Source: Nitrospirales bacterium (GTDB lineage: Bacteria; Nitrospirota; Nitrospiria; Nitrospirales; UBA8639). From it: a stretch of DNA of 64,000 nucleotides. Positions 14,101 to 25,493 of this stretch are shown here, piece by piece. The position numbers were made by a program, and so were the translations under genes. Location of the stretch: contig CBDBCZ010000010.1 in assembly GCA_965203295.1 (NCBI GenBank), positions 256,001 to 320,000 on the forward strand, given 5' to 3'. Each line of letters opens with the position of its first letter. Position 1 is the first letter of the stretch. The notes below the pieces were generated by a model. That model was not told where the DNA came from. It worked only from the letters and a program-made list of their open reading frames with translations, and did not search any database.

Positions 14101-14828
14101 CATTCCCCTTGTTAAAACGCATGAACATATCGGGAATCAATGGAACGTTCCCATGCTTGTGTCGGTCTTGAAAACTTTAAATACTGTCCATCAATGTACC
14201 ACAAAGTATCAACAACAGAATTCACAAAACGAAGACCGCAACTGTCCAGTTCATCTGCACGAAATCCAACCCCACTCTCACGCAAGAGAAGCAGCACATC
14301 ATTAAAAAGTAACTGTTTATTGTTCTGGACTGGATCATGCATTGAGGGGAGGTGTTTTGCATGCTGGCTCGCCATCAAAATTGTAAAAGCATTCTCAGGC
14401 TCCTTTTGTGGTCGTGTCTCTGGTTCGACCATATACTTAACAAAGCGATCACCATACGTATAAAATGTCAGGATGGGTTGAGAAAGGGACGCAGCGTGTG
14501 CAGGAGAATGTTCATCTTTACCTGTGGCGACCGTCACACTCCTGTCCAAATACTGCTTGCCGCTAACCTGCTCCAAAAGATCTGCCAATGTTGTGTGTTC
14601 TTGAGCTTCTGCCCAGGCAGGGCCAAAAACGACTGATGCACCAACAACAATTAGAACAAGTAGCCAGATCATCTTTTTAGCCAACACGAGTTCTTGAATC
14701 CTTACTGCGCATGGTCACAGTTCTGTTAATTAACTAATTCTAATTAAAGCACCTTAAAAATAACGTGAAAGACGGCTAGAAAGCGGTCGGTCGAGCTACC
14801 CGGAACTAACTTTTAGTTACTGATGGCC
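11168..14828. mobile_element. Zator-type DNA transposon
   Basis: ~32-bp imperfect TIR ggccatcagta..ttccgggta(a/g)ctc, GG termini, 3-bp TSD tta at 11165-11167 and 14829-14831. Confidence 0.85.
11375..14687 (-). pseudogene. Zator-like DDE transposase, frameshifted, one short intron (~12862-12917)
   Basis: FFLDDKSKIPIG, ACDHDFTKINLTPSV, HDGGPDHR, TAPNNSWRNPCERLMSILNLGLQ, Cys-rich C-terminus. Confidence 0.8.
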
Positions 14829-15699
14829 TTATCGGGAATTTCTTGCGCAGAAGCGACGTCAACGAACTCCCCTCCCCACTCTTCATCTTTTATCTGCAGA
14901 AAGTACTGTGCATCCTTCGCCATTTCACCGCCGAATGTCTTCTACACTTCCTGTAGCAGTACATCTGAATCACTCTCTGCATCCAACGCTGATGAGAAGG
15001 TTACAGGGCGGCTACGCTCTCGGAAGCGCACCAAAACACGCTTGTTGGCCGCCATGATCGCACGCCCTGACACGCCACGTGGAACTGCGTTTTTTATTCT
15101 ACGTATACTACATCCACATACTCATAGTATGCGAATTTATGTCAATAACCTCACCCCTGGGGCACGCTTCGAGGACAAATCCCCACTATAGACCTCGTTC
15201 CCCCTGGGGTGGTGTAATGGGGCATACAATTGATAAGTGCATAACGGATGTAATGTTCCACGTGCCCAGACATTTTGTGGAAGAATACGTGTTCATAAAG
15301 CCCGAGGCTTTTTCGCGTGCTACCTTCAAAACGAAAAGACTTTTGTACAGACAAGTTTGCAGTTTTGAAGTGTGCAAAAATTGACTTCTCGATCGATGGT
15401 AGAAGCGTCTTGATCTGACCGGAAGTGAACGAAGCAGAGCGACAGGCGGCTCGAGCGGCAATGGCAGACACAAGGATGAAACGGTAAGTAGTAAGTTTGC
15501 TATTTATTCAAAGTGAAACTACTTAGTAGATGGTATGACAAAGTCCAGAAAGCATACAAACTGTTGATAAGGGTGATAATATACAAAACATACGGGTGAA
15601 TGAACCTAGAAGTCAAAACATACGGGTGAATGAACCTAGAAGTTGCCAAGTTTATAGTGAGACTTATCACGCGGGTACCTCACAGGAACTCTGTGTGAT

Positions 15700-16300
15700 A
15701 CTGCTCGAAGCGCGAGGGACCATCCAGTGGGGCGTCCCTTGCGACTATACAAAACGCTTTGCCACATTTGTGCATATAATGCCGGAGTCATATCTTCGAT
15801 TCTCTTTCCTCCAGCAATATTCACACCTACTCCGTTTGCCTCTGGTAAGGTAGTGACTGTCAGCGTGAGAAGGAGTGGCTGTGTCCTCCTTTCGTCGCTT
15901 CGGTGGTGTTGAAGACACGGCGGCCTGTCGAACTGGCTCTGGGAGGCAGTACCGTTTCCGGGAGTTGTATTGGCCAATGAGACCTGTAGCGAGTCGAAGT
16001 CTGAATCTCCTCGCCGTTGCTTGCTGGCAAGTCACACCCACGACAGGTACAAAGTGCCGGAACACAACGAAGGCATTGACGACGCATGCATCGAATAATA
16101 ACCAGAAAATATATCTGTAGAATTTTCTGGACTTGCATCTCACCCGGGAGTAGCCTCGAAGTTGGTCAGCTTTGTCCAGCTGTTGCACCTTCGGGCTGGC
16201 AGTTGGTGGACATAACATAGACCAATTTCTTGTCCTTCCACACCGACGCTACCAGGTTTCCCTTCTGACAAGTGGTGGCCTCTCTGCGCTCAAGATCACC
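15700..16300 (-). pseudogene. piggyBac 1 transposase, C-terminal exon with Cys-rich domain
   Basis: NLVASVWKDKKLV, DKADQLRGYS..KSRKFYRYIFWLLFDACVVNAF, CEYC..CTNV; the acceptor AG abuts the IS3EU TSD. Confidence 0.8.
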
Positions 16301-16306
16301 TAAATT

Positions 16307-17139
16307 TATGGTTGTCCGTTTGTTTCAAAATTCCATAACTATCGAACGCATGGAACTGTCACTTTAAAAAAGTTTCATAGATTTGAACCTATCAAATAAT
16401 TATCGAATGCATGAAATTGTTGCTAACAAAAGGTTTGTTGCTAACAGATGGTTTGATAACGTTTCATAACATCGAACACTAAAAAAATAATATCGAAATG
16501 TTATCGAACCTATGAAATGGTTCGAAACTTACCAGCCAATGCATAATGTTCAATAACTATCGAACCGATCGAAGTTACGTTTGTTCGATAACATCGAAAG
16601 CGTCCCCACAGTTCGCTAATCATCATCGAAACTACCGTTCCGCGTGCATGTGCTAGCTATTTCCACGAGGCCGGCCGGAGTGACTGTTGATAGCTGTCGC
16701 GAGTCCCAAGATAGACTGCGCTGCTTATAAGAGGTGAGATTGGACGATATGATTTTGTTCCCTGCATGGCAGACTTCATGAAGTCGTCTCTTCTACCAGA
16801 TCCAGTGCACGGTTAGAGCTGCCTGTGAACTGCCAGTGTGCACTGAGCTAATTTCTCAGTCTGAGTTCAAGTAGACATTCATCTGTTCCTCTTGTCCAGA
16901 CATCGCTTGCTCGCCAGGTGTTTGTCGGAGCTAGGTAAGAGGGTATTCAAGGTGTATGTATGTTACCTCAAGCCATACCTTTTCTTCACGTGTAGTTCTC
17001 GGTTACCAGCTGTCCCATCTTCATGATGGCTGAGAGTGGGGTTGACAAGCACCTACAGGAGCATGGACAGGTCTCTACTTATATTATGTACCATGGCCCA
17101 TAGCTAATGTCATGCCCTCACCCAAGAATGTTTACACTA
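16307..17139 (+). repeat. Left long TIR (~833 bp) with many atcgaa(c) motifs, putative 5' exons and the first coding exon
   Basis: 16307-~16583 is the inverted copy of 30654-30963, and ~16584-17139 is a direct copy of 26996-27552. Confidence 0.9.
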
Positions 17140-17836
17140 CTCTGATAGTCTTTGGCTTCCCATGAACTGAATCTCTGAACCAGTGCTGATGGACTATAAT
17201 CCAATCTAGCAGAGAGCCTATTTTTTGTTACATAAAGGGGGGGAGGGTTCAGTATGGTAAATTATGCCTTTTACAAGCGTGCAAGGTCAGCAGACATTTC
17301 TCCCTGCTTCCCGTGGGTATAAAAATTACATTTGAGCTCTAGGAGTCATATAAAGGTCAACGCCCTCTTAGCTATTGAATTTTTCAGCCCACGTGCTCCC
17401 TATAACTGTTTGCTATGAACAGAGCCTATGGGATAGAAGGCTTATCATTTTAGACTACATGTTAATTTTTCAGGAAACAACCTGTCAAAACCCATCTGCT
17501 TGGCTTTGAAGCAACTTAACAGACCTCACTGCTGTCATTGTCCATGCCGCTAGAGTGTGCAAGAACCAAGCCACAGATGCGTAGATACATATGGGCTCTT
17601 TCTCTGTATACCCCTAAATAGTTTTTTTATACATTATGCATGTAGTCGCGTGGCAGCACCTTTTCACAATCCACACAGTATCATGATCGATGTTTAAGTG
17701 TGACATCACCAAATAGCTAGTATTACCGTGATCCTTTTCTTCCTCTGTAGATGGAACGGGTGCTCACTGATCTCGGTATGAGCAGTGATGTGAAGGAGCA
17801 TTTTCGCCAAGAGAAGGTTAGTATGCATGAGAGAAT

Positions 17837-18045
17837 TAGCCTCGTTCCCGGTCCTTCCCACCCTGCTTTTATCTCGCGGGCGGGGAGAAAAAGCGAGGGG
17901 GAAGGCCTGGTACCGCTTATCGTGTGCCGTGACATATGAACTCATAGGGTAGACGTATGTGCCTATGCAAAAGGGACTTACCTGCCCACGCACTAATTAA
18001 AAAAACGGCAAAAAGCTGAGGTGGGAAGGACCGGGAATGAGGCTA
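17837..18045. mobile_element. Academ-type MITE in intron
   Basis: tagcctcgttcccggtccttcccacc / ggtgggaaggaccgggaatgaggcta TIR; flanks tgagagaat / tggaagaat match at 7/9. Confidence 0.75.
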
Positions 18046-18980
18046 TGGAAGAATCAATTGTGTCCATACATAACAACAATGTGGGTGTGTCAAAGATGGC
18101 TAACATGATCCTTCTATGCTTAAATTTACATTTGTCTTTTTTGGGGATATTAGTTATGGAGCCCAGGAGCTGCTAAGTAAACACTAGAGTAAATGGGTGG
18201 GTGAATGACTAATTAGGCTTTTGAAGTAGCCTGTGTATCAAAGTTCATCCTTCCTTCCATATATGAGGAGAAAAAGAAAGCTGGGTCTGGTATACGAAAG
18301 GGCTTGATAGGGTGTAACTTGTCTAAGGCTTACTGGGAGTGATAATTGAGGGTGTGAAGTAAAAGAAAACTATAAAGTACATGGTTCAACGAATCAGTGC
18401 AGCAGGAGTGATTTCTGTGTGTGCTAGAACTATGCTACAGCTTCTCTTGGCAGACTCCAACATAAAATTGGTTGCCCAAGAGCACCTGTGCATGTATGCA
18501 AAACTGTTTTTTCACGGCTTGGAAGAGCTAACAATGTACGGCACTCTTAGAAGCCAAAAGCTTTACGTCCAAGATATACTATTCTATAGGTTACACCCAG
18601 ACTGGTGCCAAGATTAACTGATGACCAGTTGATTCAGCTGGGCGTGGCTACCATTGGCGATCGGGCTGCCTGGAGATCTGCCTGCCAACAGATTGTTGAA
18701 AGTAAGTGCATTTTGTTTGCTATGACTAATTAGTGCTCTTTACCATGAATATGGATCCTGACATCATGTTTTACAGAATACATTCTGATGGGCCTCTTTC
18801 CCAGTATTTCCCACCCCAGCCTTTGCCTCACAGCTATAGAAAATAGCGAATTGGTCTCGCAGCCCCTTTTTCTCCATGGCTGCAAGACGAAATCTGGGGT
18901 AGGAAGGATCTCCACAGCTGCAAGACAAAATTGGAGTGGGAAGGAATGTGAACAAGGCTATATTTGCATTGCTCTAGAAG

Positions 18981-19619
18981 TTAATGGGCTCCCGTTACTG
19001 GGTACGAGATCGCGCTGACCATACCACTTACCTGAACCCAACTCACCATAAGGTTTGGCAGCAGTGCTGGGTCACCGTACGAGCATGCCCGGAGGGCGAG
19101 GTACTACCGAGCCCATCTATTCTCCTGCGACCCCTAACCTTGGGTGAGATAGATGGGAGGACCCGCCCACTATGCCCAGCAACTAGATCACAGCAAGACG
19201 TGGGCCCACTCGAAGGCCCACCTCAGCTGGAGACACCCACCCACACCCTACAACCAGTAACAAGGGGAGGGGAAGGGGAGGGGAATGTTACAACACGAAC
19301 GACCAACAGAACCGACAGACGAGAGGCACGAACAGCTGCTACCGAATAACACGTGCTCAGGAACTGCGCATGCGCCGCTTTGCCCATTAACCTCGGTTAA
19401 TTGTCCCAATTAACCTCCCATTAATGGGCTCCCGTTACTGGGTATGAGATCGCGCTGACCATACCACTTACCTGAACCCAACTCACCATAAGGTTTGGCA
19501 GCAGCGCTGGGTCACCGTACGAGCATGCCCGGAGGGCGAGGTACTACCGAGCCCATCTATTCTCCTGCGACCCCTAACCTTGGGTGAGATAGATGGGAGG
19601 ACCCGCCCACTATGCCCAG
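18981..19619. repeat. 199-bp direct repeat pair (18981-19179, 19421-19619), split-direct-repeat style 3' end
   Basis: ttaatgggctcccgttactggg..cgcccactatgcccag twice; about two substitutions seen. Confidence 0.9.
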
Positions 19620-19792
19620 AGGGGGTGCTAGAGGAATAGGCACCCCCCTCACCCAAGCACTACTACCATAACGCATGCCAACACCAGATAAACCAGCTCA
19701 ACAAAAACAAAACTGCATAACAATAAGACACAAAGCAAATACTAAAGAAAACAACAGCAGGGTCCAGCGGTCACGACGACCCGTTCCGACCA

Positions 19793-20699
19793 TTAGGCAC
19801 GCTTAACGAGCTCAGACGACACGGCACACAGGATCTCCCGGGGAGTCCGGATGTAAAGAGTATACGCGGAACTCTCCCAGCGGCCCAAAGTCTTAATGAG
19901 GGAGCCCTGCAAGCCGCACGAGCTGGCTGTCGTCACCGCTCCAATCCGGAAGCTGTGCCCGGCATACTTCGACGCGTCTAGGCCAGCCGACCGAAGGGCT
20001 TGACGGACCTGGGACACGAACCGTTCCCGAGTAAGGGGCCGACCATCGTGAAACCGGAAAACCATATAGGACAACACTGCCGCCACAGGGCAAATCTCCG
20101 CGCCCGACACCCCCAAGAACACCGTAACCCCACGCCGAAAGGGGTCCGTCTTCGACGCTTTAATTCTCACTTCCAGGTAACAAGGAAAGGCAAGACTATC
20201 AACCCGGATGTCTCCCTGGGCGAGGTGGACTGCAGGATCAAAAGATGCCTCTGATGGTACCACCACCTCCCCCGAGCGCAAGAAACCGAAAAAGCACATA
20301 CAAACTGCCCCCCATAGCATGGTGGCATCGAAACGATCTGGGAACGTCTCCCACGATGACCGAAGGCTACGTAAGATCCCCGATCTTCCGAAACCCTTTT
20401 ACCACATACTCCAATCTCGGCATGTCCTTGGTATGGGGGTCCCCAAAACCAAGCGCTATCTGAGAATGGCGGACAGCCGCGAGATAGCCCTTAACGGTGC
20501 CAGGTGATAGCTTATCCCTATATAAAGAACCAACAAAGAAAGAGAGGCCCTGCTCTGAAACTGGGAAAGGAGATAACTCATTGCGCTGGCAGAAGTTTAA
20601 ATAGCGGTTGATCCGAGACCGGTACGTCCGTTGAGACGACGGCGCTAAGCCGGCCGAAAACAGTTCCTGAACAGTTGCGCCCAGGCCCGAGAGGTCCAA
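19793..20699 (-). pseudogene. Tyrosine recombinase, split by deletion/frameshift
   Basis: N-terminal 20367-20699 (GLAPSSQRTY..TVKGYLAAVRH); catalytic 19793-20320 with FFGFLRSGE, SKTDPFR, GHSFRIGA, GRWESSAYTLYIR. Confidence 0.9.
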
Positions 20700-22375
20700 T
20701 CCGGTTGGCGGTTGACCAGCAGATCCAGGACTGGAGGAGGAATCAGAGTTCGGGCCCGAACTGCCACTGGCACCTGGGCAAAAAGATAGGGGAGATTACC
20801 CCTGGAAACAGCATCCGCGAGTGAGTTATCAACGCCCGGGATATGCACTGCCCGAACTGCCACCCGAAAGAAAGCCCTAATAAAAAACATGCACCGTACT
20901 AGGTGCATTATACGGGGTACTTTGCTATACCCTGAATTGATCACTGCCACGGCACCAGCGCTATCACAGTACACTAGAACAGCCGAGTCCCTCCACGCTG
21001 GGCCCCATACCGCACAAGCCAACACCACAGGTAAAAGTTCTTTCAGTGTGATGCTCTCTTCCCTCAGGGCCAGGCAGCCCTCCTCGTAAGCCTGTGGCCA
21101 CCGGAACTGGATCCAACGTGGTGGCCATAAGGCCCCACATCCAAAAACCCCCGATGCGTCCGTCCAGATGACGTGGTCCGGTTGTCCCACGTCCTGCTGC
21201 AGCAGAGACACTCCGTTCCAGTCCTGCACGAACATGTCCCACCACAGGAGATCTGAACGGAAAGCCGCATTCAACCGAATGTGGTGATGACTCTTTCTCA
21301 CCCCGGCCAGCAACTCGAACATACGCCGCACAAACGTCTTGCCAGGCCTCACCACTTTACACGCCCATACCAACTTCCCCGCTAAGGACTCAAGGTCCTT
21401 CTTCCTACAGGAACTCCTGTCCCTCCATGCCTCAACTGCTCCCTTCAATGCCACAAGCTTCGCGTGGGGCAGCCTAATCTCCATCGACAATGAGTCAATC
21501 TCAAACCCTAAAAAGGTGAGCCTAGGCACTGGTCCTTCCGTCTTCTCGGTAGCCACTGGTAATCCAAGTTGGTGAAACGAAGCCAGCAACACATCCATCC
21601 CATTCTTGCACTCCCAGGACGCCGGGGAACCGATCACCAAAAAATCATCCAAGTAATGGAGCACAATCTGGACTCCCCTCTGCCGAACGATCCATTCCGC
21701 TGCATCCGCGATAGCAGTGAATACCTTGGGGGCTGAGCGAAGGCCAAAAGGGAGCGCTGTGTCGAGGAACAAGCTGCCGTCCCACAGCATCCCCAGCAGC
21801 CACCGATCCTCCGGGTGGATCGGGACTACCCGGTAAGCACTTCTAATATCTACTTTCGCTAGCAAAGCCCCCCTTCCTTTCTTCCTGACTTCATCCCCGG
21901 CATCCTCTATGCTAATGTAGGACAGAGAGCATCTATCCTCCGAGATCCCATCATTGACGCTCTCACCTTCTGGCGATGACAGGTCAACTATGAGGCGCCA
22001 TTTCCCGGAATCCCCCTTTGGGATCACCCCGAACCGGCTAATGTGGAAAAGGGGGAACAAGGCCGGATTCAGAGGGCCGATTACCGTCCCCACGGCACAC
22101 TCCTTCGACAGGTAGTCGGCAATCACCTGTGGCTGCTGCAGAGCCGATGCCATATTGCGTCTAGCCTTCTTGCATGACCGAGAGTAATCAAAGCCCACAC
22201 GGAACCCCCACCGGATACCATCTACAATGTATTTCCGAAACCTCTGCTCCGGATGTTGCGCTAGAGCCCTGTCCCATTCTTCCCACTTGAGGGGCGTGTT
22301 GACTACTTCCATCGGAGCCGGAACCCAAACTGGAAATCTCAGACGGCATCGATCAAGAGCTAACAAATCCTCCAT
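20645..22375 (-). CDS. Reverse transcriptase + RNase H (DIRS/Ngaro type), open 576 aa
   Basis: KWRLIVDLS, KVDIRSAYR, LPFGLRSAP, YLDDFL, WTDASG, ITLKEL, YCDS, HIPGVDNSLADAVSR. Confidence 0.95.
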   Translation of the reverse strand: MEDLLALDRCRLRFPVWVPAPMEVVNTPLKWEEWDRALAQHPEQRFRKYIVDGIRWGFRVGFDYSRSCKKARRNMASALQQPQVIADYLSKECAVGTVIGPLNPALFPLFHISRFGVIPKGDSGKWRLIVDLSSPEGESVNDGISEDRCSLSYISIEDAGDEVRKKGRGALLAKVDIRSAYRVVPIHPEDRWLLGMLWDGSLFLDTALPFGLRSAPKVFTAIADAAEWIVRQRGVQIVLHYLDDFLVIGSPASWECKNGMDVLLASFHQLGLPVATEKTEGPVPRLTFLGFEIDSLSMEIRLPHAKLVALKGAVEAWRDRSSCRKKDLESLAGKLVWACKVVRPGKTFVRRMFELLAGVRKSHHHIRLNAAFRSDLLWWDMFVQDWNGVSLLQQDVGQPDHVIWTDASGVFGCGALWPPRWIQFRWPQAYEEGCLALREESITLKELLPVVLACAVWGPAWRDSAVLVYCDSAGAVAVINSGYSKVPRIMHLVRCMFFIRAFFRVAVRAVHIPGVDNSLADAVSRGNLPYLFAQVPVAVRARTLIPPPVLDLLVNRQPDWTSRAWAQLFRNCFRPA

Positions 22376-22732
22376 GTACCGATAAGGGCCTGTATGAGAG
22401 AAAAACGACCAATGGCCCTGTGAACTACTCCCGAACTACACGAACTTTTTATTTATTTTTTAAAAATTTTTTTCTACTCCTAACCCAGGCTCCCCCCCCC
22501 ACAACCGAACTTCCCCACTACCCTACTCCCAGACGTCATGCTTGCCACCCCGTGCAAGCCCACACCCTGTACCCCCAAAACTGAGAACTGACGAGTATCT
22601 GCTGCCCAAGCTAATCCAGGTCATTCGCAAACAACCCTCCTACTACCTACAGCATGATACAAGAATGCTGAAAAGGAAACAACGCTAACTACATGAACAA
22701 TCCCAGTTCAAGGGTTCTCGATATCCTATCCA

Positions 22733-23836
22733 TCAGTACGGGTTGGACATGTCTCTCGCCCTGTAGCCACGCCGTGATCCCGAGCCCCGCGTGCCCGGTT
22801 GACCGACGCCACGACTCCCCCGAACGTACGGGCCCCTGGCTGGGTGGAGGGATGACCTCAGGGGGCAATAAAGAGCTGGGTGATCACCCTTGCACTCCAG
22901 GCATATGTGCATGTGGTGGCAGTCAGCCCCATAGCTGCACTGGTTCCCGTTCCACAGGTTACAGATCTCCCCCGATTTCGGTCGAGACGTCTTAAGGGAG
23001 GTCCTAAACTTGGGCTCTGCCCCGGACACGAGAGCCAGAATAGCCGTCTCAATTGCCTTCAAGCGAGCCCGCACATCCGGGTCCCGGTCTCCGCTCTGGG
23101 CACAGTCGGCGGATGTATGCGTGGTGGCCAAACAGAATTCACACCGAGCCACCGAGGACTTGGCTTTCCCCGTAAAGCACATCGTGTAAATTGTCGTATT
23201 TAGCTTGGACCAGCACCTGTCGCCATCTATGGCAGCCCTGCGGCGAAACGCCTCGTCGTACCTGGCCCACGCCTGGCCTTCATAGTCCTGGCTGGCCTGT
23301 ATGATCACCATCAAGTACCCCATAAGCTCGGCCACTGTCTCCGGATAGCGGGTAGCCACGACTCCCACATACGCCGTGAAGCACTGGACCCAAGTAAAAA
23401 TATCGGTGACCTTCCGAGTGCGTCTAGCTGGCTGCCTACTAGAGTACTCTTCATCTCTTCCCTGCGACCAAAATTCTGGGAGCAACTCGGCCATGTCCAC
23501 AAACTCCCAACGCCATATCTTATCCGCAAGCTTCCGGGGCACCGGCGGGCGACCTTCCCCAACATGTATCCCGACTGCAGCTCCCGGTGCTGCCGACGAC
23601 GACGTGCCCCCGACGCCCGATGCCATAATCGATCCCAGGAGGCTGCCCCACGTGGGAGTCGTGCTTGCTGCTGCACCGGAGCCCACCACGGGTGGGGAGT
23701 TTCCGGTCGAGTTCGGGGCAGACGATTGTCCCACCGCGGTAGCCCCACCTGAGACCGTCGGGATCCCCCTGAGGGCCTCAGCTGCTGGCATACGGCCCAG
23801 CCCTGGGGCATGAGGAGAAATAGCTAACACATACAC
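22733..23836 (-). CDS. Gag-like ORF1 with C-terminal Cys/His motifs
   Basis: KIWRWEFVDMAELL, WVQCF, WARYDEAFRRRAA, CNLWN..C...HIC..C...H; position upstream of RT. Confidence 0.85.
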   Translation of the reverse strand: MYVLAISPHAPGLGRMPAAEALRGIPTVSGGATAVGQSSAPNSTGNSPPVVGSGAAASTTPTWGSLLGSIMASGVGGTSSSAAPGAAVGIHVGEGRPPVPRKLADKIWRWEFVDMAELLPEFWSQGRDEEYSSRQPARRTRKVTDIFTWVQCFTAYVGVVATRYPETVAELMGYLMVIIQASQDYEGQAWARYDEAFRRRAAIDGDRCWSKLNTTIYTMCFTGKAKSSVARCEFCLATTHTSADCAQSGDRDPDVRARLKAIETAILALVSGAEPKFRTSLKTSRPKSGEICNLWNGNQCSYGADCHHMHICLECKGDHPALYCPLRSSLHPARGPYVRGSRGVGQPGTRGSGSRRGYRARDMSNPY

Positions 23837-24115
23837 CAGCTTTCCCTTTCTAAATTCTGCTCTCCTGCCCCCCTGCCTCTCTGGAAGCTGGGGTGCTCAG
23901 GGGTCGCGCCCCGTGACCGAGCCACTCGCCGTGGCAAGCTCGGAGGCCGGCTGGCCCGAGCCGCCTACTCCCTCTACGTCCTCACTAACACTGCTCTACC
24001 CGGCCGCAAGAGGCCACGCCCTACCCGACGGATTACGTGTTACCAGAGTAATGGGGAGCTGCCGCAGCATCCCCGTCATCCCAAGTCAGCTTGGGAGAAT
24101 TGACACAAAACTTAA

Positions 24116-24743
24116 CTCATTGCGCGCCACGGGCCACTTTACGTAACGCTTCCGCTACGCCACAGGCCATTAAAGTGGCCTTAGAAACGGTAAGTTCATT
24201 TATCGGCCAGGAGGGGCAACCCCTTCCTTTATTAGCCATAAAATTGAGTACAGTGATTACTAATAGTGATGTAACTGTGCCGAAAGTCGGTCTACTCAGT
24301 AATAGAACGGATATACCACGGCAAAATATACAACTGATCAAGACGATTAGCTACGGCTACCTACACTGCTACATAGTTAGTTAGGCTTTGTAGTCAACTT
24401 CATTGGCAGATACGATGGTAACTGGTTCAGGAGAGAGACGGGGGCTTCAGCAGGATAATTTGTCGATCTTTGCTGCCTGAGCGTCAAGACCACAGTACCG
24501 TGTCGAACTTACCGTGTATCGGGTTATCGATCCTGAATCCCTTCTTGGTTCCAATCCGCTGCCCTTTTTGCATTCAATGGCTGTAGCTGGTAGTCTTCAA
24601 CAAATACGACGCAAAATTAGCTGGATACTTGACTTGGTAAGCATAAAAATAGCCATACGCTGTACTAAAACTTTTAGTACGCCATTTTTGTAGAAACTGG
24701 CGTGGAGCATCACACGCGTGACGTAATTGCGGCGTGCAATGAG
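24116..24743. mobile_element. piggyBac-type MITE
   Basis: TTAA|ctcattgcgcgcc ... ggcgtgcaatgag|TTAA (12/13 TIR). Confidence 0.85.
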
Positions 24744-24839
24744 TTAATAGTTTTACCTGTTACCTAATGTATCACTTACCTCCGCCTCCGGGATCTAGTG
24801 GTAGCTCTTCATCTTCAGGATCTGGCCCATCATCTTTAA

Positions 24840-25493
24840 CCCTTTGAGCGCGGTACTTGATTATTCATAACTTCCGCGTCACGCGGAAGCCAATTTAATT
24901 TTTGTCTACGTTGCATGTGCTCGCAGTTTTGTAGAGTTGTAGGCTATTTTCCGTGCTGAACGGCAACACTGGAAGCCAGAAAGTGTAAAACTATCGTTGT
25001 TTAGTGTGTAGCTGGTGTACTATAGTCCCTACTATTGCAGAAGAGCGAATACAAACGGCAGCACTAAAGCTAACCTTGGTAGTCGCCATTTTCGTGTCTG
25101 TCCCCTCAACTACAGTGGTGAGTCGCTTCTGTTACTTCGTGCCGGTTCTGTTACTAAGTGCTGGATCTGTATCTAAGGCCTAGCGCTCTGACTGCAGCCA
25201 TACTCGGCGTTTTAGGCTTCAAAAGCCTTGTAGACGCTACCCGCGCCTTTGCCGCGTACTAACTGTGCTACACAACTAAGCGTCAAGTGAAGGCTTCGAA
25301 CGACTTGTGGCGGGGGTGGAGCTTTAGATCGATTGCTAAAGACCGTAGGGTTATCCCCCTAAAGTATCACGCGTGCCATAAAATTGGAAGGGTCTGACCC
25401 GTAGCACTTACTATGGTGAGCGTATATATACGCTCGCCGCGATACGCGAAAGTAATTTTCGAGCGTATATATACGCTCGCCGCGTTCAAAGGG
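24840..25493. mobile_element. piggyBac-type MITE inserted in the Ser-rich exon of the HECT gene
   Basis: TTAA|ccctttgagcgcgg ... ccgcgttcaaaggg|TTAA; two copies of the palindrome gagcgtatatatacgctc near the right end. Confidence 0.9.

Larger units (their letters stand above)
9368..15055 (-). pseudogene. Multi-exon gene with C-terminal PHD finger, exon 1 split by Zator
   Basis: C-terminus WFCGKC..WIAYDKCDMWYHCVC..YICLKC. Exon 1 MAANKRVLVRFRE..LQIKDEEWGGEFVD..QEIPD rejoins KSILKVVMQEK|gt at ~11164-11133 after removing Zator. Confidence 0.7.
9175..15241. mobile_element. Non-autonomous TIR element (TGCAC termini, 3-bp TAA TSD; Harbinger-like TSD) carrying a PHD-finger gene
   Basis: taa|tgcacctatcaataccacgccccat ... 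atggggcatacaattgataagtgca|taa. Confidence 0.75.
18981..24111 (-). mobile_element. Ngaro/DIRS-group tyrosine-recombinase retrotransposon
   Basis: gag, RT/RNase H and YR ORFs in order on the minus strand; 199-bp direct repeats at the 3' end; 5' boundary uncertain. Confidence 0.9.

Noticed and set aside
14112..14687. Apparent signal peptide at the start of the 191-aa ORF
   Set aside because: The start is a non-ATG call within a frameshifted Zator gene, so the hydrophobic stretch may be out of the true frame.
19793..20699. Phage integrase or bacterial contamination
   Set aside because: The YR overlaps a DIRS/Ngaro-type RT and gag; the surrounding genes have spliceosomal introns.
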